Assembly: GCA_963721455.1 (NCBI GenBank)
Contig: CAVRJG010000015.1
Location: 32,001 to 96,000 of the forward strand
Length of the DNA: 64,000 nucleotides
Direction: 5' to 3'
DNA from: an uncultured Methanosarcinaceae archaeon
GTDB lineage: Archaea > Halobacteriota > Methanosarcinia > Methanosarcinales > Methanosarcinaceae
Shown here: positions 52,138 to 63,328 of the stretch, piece after piece
Layout: each line of letters starts with the position of its first letter
Position numbering within the stretch: position 1 is the first letter of the stretch
The notes under the pieces: model-generated
Databases searched by the model: none
What the model was told of the DNA's origin: nothing
Seen by the model: only the letters and a program-made list of their open reading frames with translations
Made by a program: the position numbers and the translations under genes

Positions 52138-52300
52138 AGCCCGCTTTAGGAACCTTGTTGGCTTAAAGCTTTTTGTTCAGGCATGTCCAATATATTACGT
52201 CTTTATTTTCCTGATTTACGGATACGCTTAACTTATTTATATCTAGGAATTAATACTACGGATGAGCTTAAGATTGCAGTTTTTAGAGGTAGTTTTTATC

Positions 52301-52543
52301 ATGGTTAAAGTTACGCTTATCCACGCCAGCTGGTGCACTGTCTGTCCGGCAGCTCGCAGACTCTGGAAAGGCCTGAAGTCCGAGTATGACTTTGAGTACG
52401 AGGAAATAGATGCGGAAACTCCAGAGGGCCAGGCGTTGATTGATAAATATGGCATATTTGGGGTTCCTGCAACTATTATTGACGGGGAGGTAGTTTTTAC
52501 AGGCCTTCCGAAAAAAGCCGATGCTATCGCCCGTATTAACTGA
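52301..52543 (+). CDS. Thioredoxin/glutaredoxin-like protein
   Basis: WCTVC active site and cis-Pro VP motif; ATG at 52301. Confidence 0.88.
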   Translation: MVKVTLIHASWCTVCPAARRLWKGLKSEYDFEYEEIDAETPEGQALIDKYGIFGVPATIIDGEVVFTGLPKKADAIARIN

Positions 52544-52602
52544 ATTTATTCCAGGAATTTGCACTTTTTCGAAAACCGATTTTTCTAATTCAGGAGGCAA
52601 GT

Positions 52603-53532
52603 ATGTATGACCTGATAATTGTAGGAGGGGGGCCCGCAGGGCTCGCGGCCGGGATCTATGCCGTACGTTTCGGGCTTGACACTCTTATTCTTGAGAGAAG
52701 CGAGATTAGCGGCCAGATCGCTCTTGCAGATACCGTGGAAAATTACCCTGGCTTTCCGTCGATTTCAGGGCTTGAATTAATGGAAAAATACAAAAACCAT
52801 GCTCAGGAAGCCGGGGTAGAAACAAAGATAACAGAAGTCCTCTCCGTTCGCGCTGAAGGGGAAAAGAAAATAGTCTCCACGGACAGCGGAGACCTTGAGT
52901 CAAGAGCTGTCATAATTGCCACAGGAGCAAATCCCAAGCATCTGAACGTGCCTGGAGAAAAAGAGTTTATTAGTAAAGGGGTTTCCTACTGCGCCCTCTG
53001 TGACGGGCCTTTTTTTAGAAACAAAACCGTTGTAGTAGTCGGAGGCGGCAACTCGGCAATTACGGATGCCCTTGTCCTTTCAAAAATTGCCCGGAAGGTC
53101 TATCTTATTCATAGGAAGGACCGGTTGAGGGCTGCGAAAGTCCTTCAGGACAGGGCTTTTGCAACTCCGAATATTGAATTCATTTTTAATGCCTGCTTAC
53201 TGGGAATCATAGGAAGCAGCGGAGATATTCGAAGGGTTGAAAAAATTGTCTTTAAAGACCTCAAAAGTGGGGAACACCGCGAACTGGCTACAGACGGCGT
53301 TTTCATCTATGTAGGCATTCATCCGAACACTGAAATCATTGATGTGAAGAAGGACGGGGAGGGGTTTATCCAGACGGATCGCTCACTGGAGACCTCGGAG
53401 AAAGGAATTTATGCTGTTGGAGACTGCCGTGACACCCCAATCTGGCAGCTTGTGGCAGCAGTTAGAGATGGGGCACTCGCAGCTACTGCCGCAAATGAGT
53501 ACATAGAATACCTCAAAAAACAGGTTACATGA
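52603..53532 (+). CDS. trxB: NADPH thioredoxin reductase
   Basis: GGGPAG, SYCALCDG, GGGNSA, GD. Confidence 0.93.
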   Translation: MYDLIIVGGGPAGLAAGIYAVRFGLDTLILERSEISGQIALADTVENYPGFPSISGLELMEKYKNHAQEAGVETKITEVLSVRAEGEKKIVSTDSGDLESRAVIIATGANPKHLNVPGEKEFISKGVSYCALCDGPFFRNKTVVVVGGGNSAITDALVLSKIARKVYLIHRKDRLRAAKVLQDRAFATPNIEFIFNACLLGIIGSSGDIRRVEKIVFKDLKSGEHRELATDGVFIYVGIHPNTEIIDVKKDGEGFIQTDRSLETSEKGIYAVGDCRDTPIWQLVAAVRDGALAATAANEYIEYLKKQVT

Positions 53533-53673
53533 AAAACGATCTGAATCAGGACCTCCTGGCCGAAATTGCCTTAAAGTTTCACTATCTGTATATTTGAAAA
53601 GAAGGGACAGCAAATTTGTCCTGCCCCGAATTTCTATTTTCCGCGCTCTTTTCCGCGCTTTTATTTCTCAGGC

Positions 53674-53964
53674 TTAATCTACCAGCTGGTTGATTTTATT
53701 GTAGAAATCTATGATCAGCCTTGTTGCCTCGCTCTCCATATTCAGCTGGAAAGTCCGAATTTGCTTTCCCAGGGGTTTTTCTATGACAATGCCTGATGCG
53801 ATCAGAGGGGTGATAACCCTTGATACGCTCGAGTGAGACAGGCCAGTTTCTTCGGCTATCCCTGAAAGGTAGGTTGATTCGTTCTGGCGTTCGATCAAGT
53901 TCTTAAGGACTGTCATTTGTGCGGTTTTTCCGAAGATTTTTTCTAGTGGATCCATTGTTATCAT
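53674..53964 (-). CDS. Winged-helix DNA-binding protein
   Basis: LSGIAEETGLSHSSVSRVI HTH. Confidence 0.8.
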   Translation of the reverse strand: MITMDPLEKIFGKTAQMTVLKNLIERQNESTYLSGIAEETGLSHSSVSRVITPLIASGIVIEKPLGKQIRTFQLNMESEATRLIIDFYNKINQLVD

Positions 53965-54195
53965 CTCAGAGGTGGCTGTTCTCCGTAAGCGATTCTTATT
54001 TCCAATATTAACTTGCTATTTATGGTTATAAACTTATCTCCTTATTGGTTAAGTCCGGCGATCCATAAAAATTCTTCTAAATATTTGGATAACTCTTTTC
54101 CATTCATACTGTATCAAATTTAAATCACCGTATATTCCAAAAGATTTGAGAAATGTTTAATACCTAAGAAAATCTATACTGTATGGTGATGGAGG

Positions 54196-54723
54196 GTGAT
54201 GCATAATAAAAATCTTGATCATGAGATTTTGAAATTGATTGAAGCACAGCCTGAAATAAGTGATCGGGATATCGCCTGTACTCTTTCAGTTCCAGAGGAA
54301 CTGGTAAAGATCCGAATTGCAAATTTTAAAGATACAAGGCAGAAAATCCTGATTATGGGTGATGGGAGTAATATCTCCAATATTAAGGCGACGCTTGAAG
54401 CTGAAGATTATAACGTTGTTAAAGCTAACGTTGTTAAAGCCCCTAGCGGCTTTTCTGCGCTTGAAGCGGTAAAATCTGAAAAACCCGACCTTGTCCTGCT
54501 GGATACCGGGCTTGCGGATATTGAAGGTTTTAAAATATGCAGGCAGCTTAAAGCCAGTTCAAGATACTGGTGGATACCAGTGATGATGCTCAGTGAAAGG
54601 GACGGGGTGAAAAACAGAGTTGAAGCTTTTGAGTCAGGAGCTGATGATTATGTTTCTACGCCTTTTAACCCTCTGGAACTTAGGGCCAGAGTAGGGATGA
54701 TATTAAGGCGTACTCGAATCTAA
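54196..54723 (+). CDS. Response regulator receiver protein with N-terminal HTH-like segment
   Basis: PDLVLLD, GADDYVSTPFNPLEL; PEISDRDIA N-terminus. Confidence 0.85.
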   Translation: MMHNKNLDHEILKLIEAQPEISDRDIACTLSVPEELVKIRIANFKDTRQKILIMGDGSNISNIKATLEAEDYNVVKANVVKAPSGFSALEAVKSEKPDLVLLDTGLADIEGFKICRQLKASSRYWWIPVMMLSERDGVKNRVEAFESGADDYVSTPFNPLELRARVGMILRRTRI

Positions 54724-55560
54724 CCTGAAAGGAGAAAACCGGCTTATAACAGGAACAATTTTTTTTCTTTCTATTCTAAAGCTCTGTAAACTGGGGAGAT
54801 TACTCTGAAAACTAAATCTTTTTAGAGCCTTTCTCCAGAATTTTTTTTCCTGCATTTCTCCAAGTATGTTAGAAATGTACTCATAGATATCTTTATGATT
54901 TCTTTACATGCCCCTTAAACTACACTAATTAATTTATTCTTTCCGTTGCAGTCTTCTTTGCAGTAATATTTATTATCTTTATAATGATCTTTAGAATACA
55001 TTTTCAGAAGATGGAAAGATGTGGAAAGAAGAACCTGGCTTATTGTAAGTTTCCCCAGACCAGAAAAATCCTCAAGCTTTCAATCTAAAAAGGCAACGAT
55101 GACGTTTTGACCGGCCGTGAGAGGAAGTAGTCCCTGCTTTTGCTGAAATAGAACTTGCCAAATTTCTCCGGCTTCATTTTATGGATCAATTTTTTTCCTG
55201 GTCAGGGCAGGACAGCGGATTAAATAGAGGAAAACCGGAAGAACTTAAGCCTGATATAAATATATTTTCTTAATTTTAATACTAATTTGAAAGAATATAA
55301 TATAAAGTTATTTTACTTTATCTAATTATAGTCCATATTTTAAAAACCTTATTTTTAAAATAATAGTGTGTAGAAATATTTCCAAATCCTTAAAAAAGAG
55401 CAAAACGTAAATTATCATGTAACTGTAAATATGTCCTTATTTTTAATACGGAGCTAAAGTACAAAATCAATTTAATACTCTGAAGGCATATATTATTATT
55501 GCTAGAGTAGATGTGGTAAACGGTGGAAAAACATAATCGAAAAAAGGTGTGGGTAGAGCT

Positions 55561-56439
55561 ATGACTTCAAATGAATGGTACAATAAAGGCGTTGCACTCC
55601 ATGAACTTAAACGGTTTGCAGAAGCTCTGGATGCATACAACAAAGCTCTGGAAATAAGCCCTGGTAATGCAAAAATCCTGTTTAGCAAAGGGATGGTTCT
55701 GAAAAGTCTTGTGAGATATGATGAAGCTCTCGATGCCCTTAACAGGTCCCTTCAGATCAACCCTGCAGATGCGAAAACCTGGTATTCCAAAGCTGAACTG
55801 CTTTTGGGTTTTATGCAATATGGGGAAGCTCTGGATGCATACTACCGAGCTATATCTCTCGCTCCTGAAGACCCTGAAGTCTGGTACAGGCGGGGAATGG
55901 CTCTGAGGGAAATGAAGGCATACGAAGATGCTATGGATGATTTTGAGATGGCTATCCGCCTCTATGAAAAGAGCTGTGATATGAGCTCTATGAGTGCGAG
56001 CGAATGGTGCAAAAAAGGCATGGGTCTCTGTAAGATAAAGAGTTTTCAAGAAGCCATTGACGCTTTTAACAGGGCTCTTGAGTTAAACCCTGCAAACGGG
56101 AAAGCCCTTTATAACAAGGGTGTGGCTCTCCGCTGGCTTGGAAAACACGACGAAGCAAGACTCTATATCGAAAAAGCAGTGGAGGTTTTTGACACCAAGA
56201 TAAAAGCAAATCCCGAGAATGCCAGGTTCTGGTACAATAAGGGAATTGCCCTGAGAGACCTGGAAAAATACAAAGAGGCGCTTGAAGCTTTTGAGAGAGC
56301 TATCGATATCAATCCGAGTTTTACAAAAGCCTGGATTGGCAAGGGTATTGTATACGACAGGGTTAAGAAACACCAGAAAGCAATGGAAGCCTACGAAAGG
56401 GCAGTCGATATAAATCCGATATATTCGGATCTCCTTTAA
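55561..56439 (+). CDS. TPR-repeat protein
   Basis: Repeated WYNKG..L...A..A..RA..I.P units. Confidence 0.9.
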   Translation: MTSNEWYNKGVALHELKRFAEALDAYNKALEISPGNAKILFSKGMVLKSLVRYDEALDALNRSLQINPADAKTWYSKAELLLGFMQYGEALDAYYRAISLAPEDPEVWYRRGMALREMKAYEDAMDDFEMAIRLYEKSCDMSSMSASEWCKKGMGLCKIKSFQEAIDAFNRALELNPANGKALYNKGVALRWLGKHDEARLYIEKAVEVFDTKIKANPENARFWYNKGIALRDLEKYKEALEAFERAIDINPSFTKAWIGKGIVYDRVKKHQKAMEAYERAVDINPIYSDLL

Positions 56440-56700
56440 GTAGCCAAACCGCAGGGTTTTCCATAGAAGCAGCAGATCCGGAGTCGAAAAAGCCGTTAGT
56501 CAAAAGTCCTTTACCGGATTCCTGGATCTGGCGGCCAAAAATTTTCTTTTCTTCTTAACTCTATCTGGCTTATATAGCAGGTATGGAAAAGTGGTCATAA
56601 AATAACGGATATGGAAAAAATGATATGAAAAGTAAGCTTATTCATATTTTTTTAGCCTTATTATTTATTGTGCGAATTTCAGGTTTAACTGCGTGCCTGT

Positions 56701-57417
56701 TCAGAGCCCGGATATATCAAGCAAATCCGAAAATGCGTTGAGCTTGAAATCGAAGCACTGGTCCATTTCTTCTGCAGGTCTCCAGTCTCCGTAGGAAGCA
56801 TAAGCGGTTTTCAATCCAAGCTTGCGGGCGGGGATCATGTCCCTTCTGATACTGTCTCCAACTACCAGACTTTCTCCGGGTTTTATCCCTAAAGCCTCAA
56901 GGGCAAAAAGAAAATGTGCAGGGTCTGGCTTTTTTGTGCCTGTCATGTCCGCAGCCACGAGAGGATCGAAGTAATCCCGAAGCCCGACTCTTGTAAGCCT
57001 TGCCAGGGCATGGTAACTATCGGCATCCGTTATAATCGCAAGCTTCAAGCCCATTTTTTTCAGCTCATCAAGAGTATCTCTTACACCGGGATAGAGTTTG
57101 AGGTTTTGCAGTTTTTCCCTTTCATATATCTCACAGCACTGCCTGTAGCCCTGAGCTGTAAAAAGGTTCCTTTCCTGCATATAATCCCTGATATTTTCGT
57201 AATCTTCAAAACCGTAAACTCCTCTCAGGAAATATTCAAAAAGTTCCGAAGGTTCTTCTGCAATGCCTCCTTTTCCTCTTCCAATATATGAGAGAATCTC
57301 TTTACAAGCTCCAAGCTTTGCGGCTACGAAATCAAAAAGGGTGTTGTCCATATCAAAGAGTACTGCCTTCAGGGTTTCGGGATAAGTTCTTTCCATGGTT
57401 TTCTGAATCTCTTTCAT
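56701..57417 (-). CDS. HAD-family hydrolase
   Basis: FDMDNTL, KKPDP, VGDS..RD. Confidence 0.9.
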   Translation of the reverse strand: MKEIQKTMERTYPETLKAVLFDMDNTLFDFVAAKLGACKEILSYIGRGKGGIAEEPSELFEYFLRGVYGFEDYENIRDYMQERNLFTAQGYRQCCEIYEREKLQNLKLYPGVRDTLDELKKMGLKLAIITDADSYHALARLTRVGLRDYFDPLVAADMTGTKKPDPAHFLFALEALGIKPGESLVVGDSIRRDMIPARKLGLKTAYASYGDWRPAEEMDQCFDFKLNAFSDLLDISGL

Positions 57418-57667
57418 GTTTTTCTAAATTTTTTCAATTTTTTGATCTGCCCGGTTTTTCTGGATTTGCCAGGTCTCGCGGTCTGGTTTTTTCTTTTCCT
57501 GTTATCCTTTCCGGAACTTTTCCAAATGTTTTTTGGGGAGAGGCTATAAAAGCCATAAAGGACAGATGTATAAATCATAAATGAACAACAGATTTAAGTA
57601 AATAACGAACGCGGGCACTTGAGAATCCGCAGGGTCTATTCTAAAAGGCAATACAGGAAATTTTGAT

Positions 57668-58864
57668 ATGAGTTCCGACGAACCAAAGGATAAAACCTTC
57701 GTTTATGAAGGTAGAGAAGAGAAAACTGATGCTGAAAAGGGGACGGTTTCCGAAGATTTGTATGTTCTGAGTGATTCGGGGGATGCGGGTAAGCAAGAAG
57801 TTAGCGATGAAGTCCTTGCAGCCGAACTTAACGAATGCGGACTCGACTTTCTCAGGCTTGGCAAGTTCAATGAAGCAATTGTGGCTTTCAATAAGGCAAT
57901 CGAGAAGGATCCAAATAATATTTACCTTTTTAATAATAAGGCTGCAGCACTTGAAACCCTTGGAAGATACGAGGAGGCTCTCGAGCTCTATGAGAAAGCT
58001 GTCAAAATCAATCCCGAAGATCCGGACCTCTGGAATAATATGGCTTTCTCCTTTTCCCAGGCTGGAAAATATGAAGACGCTGTTAAAGCCTATGAAAAGG
58101 CTCTTGAGCTCAGTCCGGACTATCCCAATGCATGGTACGGAAAGGCCCTTAACCTGAGCCAGGCAGGAGACTACGAGCAGGCGATCGAAGCCTATGAAAA
58201 AGTCCTCGAGGAAAATCCCGATTATAAAGAAGCCTGGGTAGGAAAAGGCATAGCTCTCGGGCAGATGGGAAATTATGACGAAGCAATTGTTGCTTACGAC
58301 AAGGCACTCGAACTTGATCCTGGCTTTCTCGAAGCCTGGCAATATAAAGGCGTGGATCTTGACAGCCTTGGCAGTTACAGGCAGGCGTTGAAAGCGTATG
58401 AAAAAGCCGTTGAACTGGACCCTGAGAACGATGATGCCTGGAATAATATGGGAATAGACCTCGAAAACCTCGAAATGTATGATGAAGCAATTAAAGCCTT
58501 TGAAAAAGCCATCGAAATTAACGCCGAAAACGCCGATGTCTGGTACAACAAAGGCTTTACCCTCAGCCAGATGCAGAGGTTTGAGGAAGCTGCCGAGGCA
58601 TACAGGAAAGCCACGCAGCTGGATCCCGAATATTTTGAAGCCTATTCCAGCCTGGGTTTCATGCTCGCCCAGCTCAAACGCTTCGAAGAAGCTCTGGAAA
58701 TTTATGAAAAGGCACTTAACCTCAATTCACAGGCTGCAGATTCATGGTTCGGAAAAGCTGTCTGCCTGAGTTTTCTTGGGCGGGCAGAAGAGGCTGAAGA
58801 CGCATACCGAAAAGCTGTAGAAATTGACCCCGTGTATGCTGAGGTTGGGGGAGACATACAGTAA
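57668..58864 (+). CDS. TPR-repeat protein
   Basis: About ten 34-aa TPR units after an acidic N-terminus. Confidence 0.92.
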   Translation: MSSDEPKDKTFVYEGREEKTDAEKGTVSEDLYVLSDSGDAGKQEVSDEVLAAELNECGLDFLRLGKFNEAIVAFNKAIEKDPNNIYLFNNKAAALETLGRYEEALELYEKAVKINPEDPDLWNNMAFSFSQAGKYEDAVKAYEKALELSPDYPNAWYGKALNLSQAGDYEQAIEAYEKVLEENPDYKEAWVGKGIALGQMGNYDEAIVAYDKALELDPGFLEAWQYKGVDLDSLGSYRQALKAYEKAVELDPENDDAWNNMGIDLENLEMYDEAIKAFEKAIEINAENADVWYNKGFTLSQMQRFEEAAEAYRKATQLDPEYFEAYSSLGFMLAQLKRFEEALEIYEKALNLNSQAADSWFGKAVCLSFLGRAEEAEDAYRKAVEIDPVYAEVGGDIQ

Positions 58865-58931
58865 TCAAAAAGGATTTCTACCTTTTATTTTTTCCATTTT
58901 TTCAGCTCAAGCGGCCTGAAGGGGGAGGGCT

Positions 58932-59330
58932 TTAGCGTGAAAATAGGAATCCTGTCGCAGGAACAAAAATCATGTTCCACTCGCCGTCTTTTGGAGGCAG
59001 GAAAAAAGAGGGCATACGATGTACGTAATCGAAACAATTCGCTGCTACATAAATATTACCTCCTCTCGTCCTACGATCCGCTACAGGTGAAATACCCGTG
59101 AGAACAGAGGAAGGTGGCATCATTATAGGGAAAGATAATTTCTCCTGGTCAATGAAGGGGATGCACTTTTCCATGTCGCTTGCTTTGAGCGGATAGAACT
59201 CGTGGAATCCCAGCTTGAAGAGTTTATGAATATGGACCAGAGCCTCCGGGATCTGTATAGAGTCAGGGAGCCCGTGTCGAGTCCTTAGATAACCTTAATT
59301 TCTTCTCCTGGCCTTAATTTCTTTCCCATC
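58932..59330 (-). pseudogene. Possible degraded gene remnant
   Basis: The frame of ORF 58932-59174 continues upstream without a start (TRHGLPDSIQIPEALVHIHKLFKLGFHEF); an ATG at ~59329 lies in another frame. Confidence 0.3.
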
Positions 59331-59477
59331 TTCCCTGAGGAATTCTGAAGAAGCTCAAATTAAAAGCAGAATACAGTGTCGGAAAGCATAATTCTATATA
59401 CGGGGAAGTCTTTTTAAATAAATACTTATCCTTTTTAATTTCAAGCCACTCATTTGAATGACGGATAGGATGAAAGA

Positions 59478-60401
59478 ATGAAAGGATGGATTCTTTATAA
59501 GAACCGGGCTGCAGAATTAAAGCAAGAGTTGTATGAAATACACCGCTTTATCGAAGTTGCGCGCGAGAAAGGGATAGAACTCGAGGTCGTAAAACCTGAC
59601 CAGTTTGACCTTATAGTAACAAGGGATGATAGAAAAAGTATTCTCCTTGAGGGTGAAGTCGTTCCTCTGCCCGACTTTCTCCTTCCAAGAATGGGCGCAG
59701 GTACAACATATTTTGCCCTTGCAGTCATCCGTCACCTTGAGCGTCTGGGAGTCCGCGTTTTTAATTCTTCCCAGAGCATCGACACGGTCAAGGATAAACT
59801 CTATTCCCAGCAGATCCTGGCAGAAAGAGGAATTTCCTCTCCGAACACAATGTTTGCCAAAAACCCGGTCAATATAGACCTTGTAGAAAAATACCTGGGC
59901 TTTCCTCTTATCGTAAAAGCTCTCTCAGGCTCCATGGGCAAAGGCATTTTTCTTTCGGAAAACCATACCAATTTCCGGGATATTATGGAACTGATACACA
60001 TAACCAATCCCAATGCAAACATTATTCTCCAGGAGTTCATAAAATCCAGTGTCGGCAGGGATCTCCGTGTCCTCGTGATAGGAGGCCGTGCAGTCGCCTG
60101 TATGGAACGGGTAGCCCCTGCAGGCAGTTTTAAGTCCAATTACTCAAGAGGCGGGGAAGTCCGAAAATTCGACATGACCCCTGAAATAGAAAAGCTCGCA
60201 ACCGAAACAGCCCGCATTTTCGGCCTCGACATCGCAGGCATAGACCTCCTTTTCGACGGCGACCACTTCAAAGTCTGCGAGGCTAATTCCTCCCCAGGCT
60301 TCGAAGGGCTTGAGCAGTGCTGCGAAATAAATGTTGCAGGGATGATTTACGATTTTATAAGGGAAAAGGTAGAAGAAACGCACATGAAATTCTTCGAATA
60401 A
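59478..60401 (+). CDS. RimK-family alpha-L-glutamate ligase (ATP-grasp)
   Basis: GSMGKG, QEFI, DLRVLVIG, SNYSRGG, AGIDL, EANSSPG. Confidence 0.92.
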   Translation: MKGWILYKNRAAELKQELYEIHRFIEVAREKGIELEVVKPDQFDLIVTRDDRKSILLEGEVVPLPDFLLPRMGAGTTYFALAVIRHLERLGVRVFNSSQSIDTVKDKLYSQQILAERGISSPNTMFAKNPVNIDLVEKYLGFPLIVKALSGSMGKGIFLSENHTNFRDIMELIHITNPNANIILQEFIKSSVGRDLRVLVIGGRAVACMERVAPAGSFKSNYSRGGEVRKFDMTPEIEKLATETARIFGLDIAGIDLLFDGDHFKVCEANSSPGFEGLEQCCEINVAGMIYDFIREKVEETHMKFFE

Positions 60402-60659
60402 CATGCCCAAATAAATGAAAGTACTTTTCACTTACCTTTTTGGTTATTAACTCTATCATTACCTTTGGACAGGAAGGTTATCTTTAATTTGGCTCTTCGA
60501 AGCCGTAAGAAAACTAACCATTGAATTTGCCATCGAAGGCCCAAATGTGACTTTGATCACGGATGCCAAATTGCCTTTGAGGTAATTCTACTGTCAAGAG
60601 GATCGAGAGAGCACGTGAGGAGGATCTCCTCATGTACTTTCATGCTAATGTAAGAGATT

Positions 60660-61127
60660 TCAGACCAGTTCAGCCTTTATGATTTTCACGTCGGTTTTCG
60701 GGCGGTCCTGGCGGCCAGTTTTCACCTTTCCCATAGCATCTACAACCTCCATGCCGTCTATTACCTTCCCGAAAACAGGATGCATTTTGTCGAGATGGTT
60801 ATTATTTACAAGGTTGATAAAGAACTGGCTGCCACCTGTGTTCGGGCCTGCATTTGCCATGGAGAGAGTGCCCTTTTCATTCCGGTTGTGCTTCGTGAAC
60901 TCGTCCGGAATTTCATATCCTGGCCCTCCCATACCCGTTCCTGTCGGGTCTCCGCCCTGGATCATGAATTTGTCGATAATCCTGTGGAAAATAACTCCAT
61001 CATAGAATCCTTTCTCCACAAGTTTCGCAAAATTTCCTGCCGTAATCGGCATGTCTTCAAAAAGCTCGATTGTTATGTCGCCCATAGTGGTGTGCAGAAC
61101 CACTTTCTTTCCCTTCCATAAAGCCAT
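60660..61127 (-). CDS. Cyclophilin-type peptidyl-prolyl isomerase
   Basis: FHRII..FMIQGGD, SMANAGPNTGGSQFFI, HPVFG. Confidence 0.94.
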   Translation of the reverse strand: MALWKGKKVVLHTTMGDITIELFEDMPITAGNFAKLVEKGFYDGVIFHRIIDKFMIQGGDPTGTGMGGPGYEIPDEFTKHNRNEKGTLSMANAGPNTGGSQFFINLVNNNHLDKMHPVFGKVIDGMEVVDAMGKVKTGRQDRPKTDVKIIKAELV

Positions 61128-61273
61128 TTATCTTCCTCTGCCAGTCTTGTGATCTTATATTTATTTGTGCCTGTCTTTTTGTCGGCTTGTTTTGTCAGCT
61201 TTTCTGCATTGTATGTCCGGCTAGAATGTAAATGCTTCGCCAGCCGAGTTCCGCTTCGGCAGCACGGTGTCCG

Positions 61274-61387
61274 TTTCGCTTCGCTCAAGCGGACTAATTT
61301 ATGGATAAGTAAACATTGCTTTTCGCTCGCTCAAACGGACTAATTTAGGATAAGTAACATTGCTTTTCGTATCGCTCAGGCGGACTG
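61274..61387. repeat. Intergenic ~48-bp imperfect tandem repeat (REP/MITE-like)
   Basis: TTTCGC(T)TCGCTCAAGCGGACT core x3, separated by AATTTA(T)GGATAAGTAA(A)CATTGC. Confidence 0.8.
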
Positions 61388-61558
61388 GAAGCCAAAAACC
61401 GTAGCAGTTTGCTAACCTTTCGCGTTCTCTTTATGAAGGTTTTCTACCTGCTCTATTATTTTATATGAATCACTACGTTTTTATAGTCGGGATGGTTTAT
61501 TTTTGAGCGGGGAAGAAATTCTATTAAGTTCCGAGAAGTAATAGTGGGGGAAATTGTT

Positions 61559-62108
61559 ATGAACAGACTCCAGGTTTTTTACCTGAGGATAACTGCAAGC
61601 CTCTTGATTATGCTATTAATGCTTCCAGTTTCAGTAGCGTTAAATCACGAAATAGAGACTGTTCTGGGAGATGAAATCGGTGAGACAGATTTTACATCGA
61701 GATACAATGAAACTGAGCGGATGGAACAGGAAATCGGCCTGAGTTTCGATTTGCTTACATCCATGCTTCAAAAGCCTGACAACGACCTTAACCCGATAAA
61801 TGAAATCCCGAACTCCGAGCTCGAAGAACATACTTTTCTGCAGCTTGCGACCGATGGGACAAATACAGGCATAGAAATAGTGGGTTCCATAATTGCAGTC
61901 CTGAAATCGAATCCTGAAAACCCGAACGAGATGAAAACTGCCCTGGTTTCCTTAAATGAAAACATGGCACAGCTCAATGCAAGCCTCGAATACCCGGACG
62001 GCATGACTCGAAGTTGCCAATTCGACCTCTGGAGAACCTGATAGCACCACGCCTATGATTGAGGATATGTTCCAAAGCTTAAAAGCAATGTCAGAGGTTC
62101 TTGGCTGA
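61559..62108 (+). pseudogene. Secreted hypothetical protein with an apparent frameshift at ~62006
   Basis: Signal peptide; after YPDGM the +1 frame continues LEVANSTSGEPDSTTPMIEDMFQSLKAMSEVLG* to 62108. Confidence 0.55.
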
Positions 62109-62692
62109 AACTTCGATACCGAAGTAGAAAGAGGAAACTGATAGAACTGGAGAAGGGTCAATACACAAGTATTTGGAGCTGATGATCTCATCATTTGAAG
62201 CCGATGATCTCGTAATTCGAAACTCATGATCTCGTCGGCTGATTGAGTTCTTTTTTGGAGGTCCCGCAGTTAATAGGAAGATATTATTCCGGGGAAACCT
62301 GAATAGCATCTTCAGGTCTGTTTTTTCCCGTGCACAGGCGCGACTGGAACCCACTGGTTTTGAGCAAATGAAGACAAAGCTTCAGCGGCAGTGGAAAAAT
62401 CGAATATAAATATCAACTATTCAATAATGGACGATCATCACCTTAGAGATATGTTAAAAGCATCTTAGATAGTCTTAAAAAAGAGAAAATAACTTTTTTG
62501 TATAGGGCAACTCTTGAAAAAAAACGGTTGTGCGAATATTTTGCAGTAGCGTACACTTTTTTTGAGATACCTATAACCCGCAGCCTGCTACGAGGATGAA
62601 GACTTCCTCATAAATCGTATAAAATTTCATGATATGTCAATAGTGCTGGCACGAATATACCCCATTGCCTTTCTGCAAGCTCCGGCAGCACG

Positions 62693-63328
62693 TCAATCAA
62701 TAAACCCCTCTGACGAATCGATAAACGCCTCTAATTTTCTTCGCACTTCATCTAAATCGTGTTTTCCCTCCATGTGCCACACCTCATGTTCTTCAAAATC
62801 GTACAATGTAGATAAAGGCAACGTGTTTTTCTCGTATTTGCTTCTTATTTCAGGATAATTTTCTACGCTCACAACTTCGACAAACAATGCGTTGTTAAAT
62901 TTTGGTTCTGTCAGCAGTAGCTTGCGCATGAAAAATATTAAGTCCTGGCTGTCCTTGTTGCTGATGGATTTGATATTAATACGATATACCAATTTGTTGA
63001 CATAGTACGAAAACAACAAACGTTGCAGGACGGTATTTATTGTCTCATCAGGGTGGATTTTCGCTTCATTGAGTCTGTCATGAAGATCTTGCGTGATTCT
63101 CACATTTTCCGTAGTATGCGAGAGCTCCGGAAACCTCCGCTTCCTGTCGTTAATGACGAAACAGTAGTCACCGTTTTCATGTGTAAGTTGGCAGGTATCA
63201 TCATATCGCGCCAATAATTTTGTGATTATTGTGCCCTTTGACTCCCACCCAATATCACTATCCCTATCTCTACAAAATTCGAGCGCTTCGTACAGCTCTG
63301 CACTGATTTTAATGGTTTTGGTTTCCAT
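62693..63328 (-). CDS. Hypothetical protein with two RHH-like repeats and a possible thioredoxin-like C-terminal domain
   Basis: TKTIKISAELYEAL...IITKLL and TENVRITQDLHDRLNEAK...TINTVLQRLL; GAGGTG RBS. Confidence 0.7.
   Translation of the reverse strand: METKTIKISAELYEALEFCRDRDSDIGWESKGTIITKLLARYDDTCQLTHENGDYCFVINDRKRRFPELSHTTENVRITQDLHDRLNEAKIHPDETINTVLQRLLFSYYVNKLVYRINIKSISNKDSQDLIFFMRKLLLTEPKFNNALFVEVVSVENYPEIRSKYEKNTLPLSTLYDFEEHEVWHMEGKHDLDEVRRKLEAFIDSSEGFID

Noticed and set aside
54724-55548. Possible ncRNA in an 0.8-kb gap
   Set aside because: No recognisable RNA family motif or clear hairpin series
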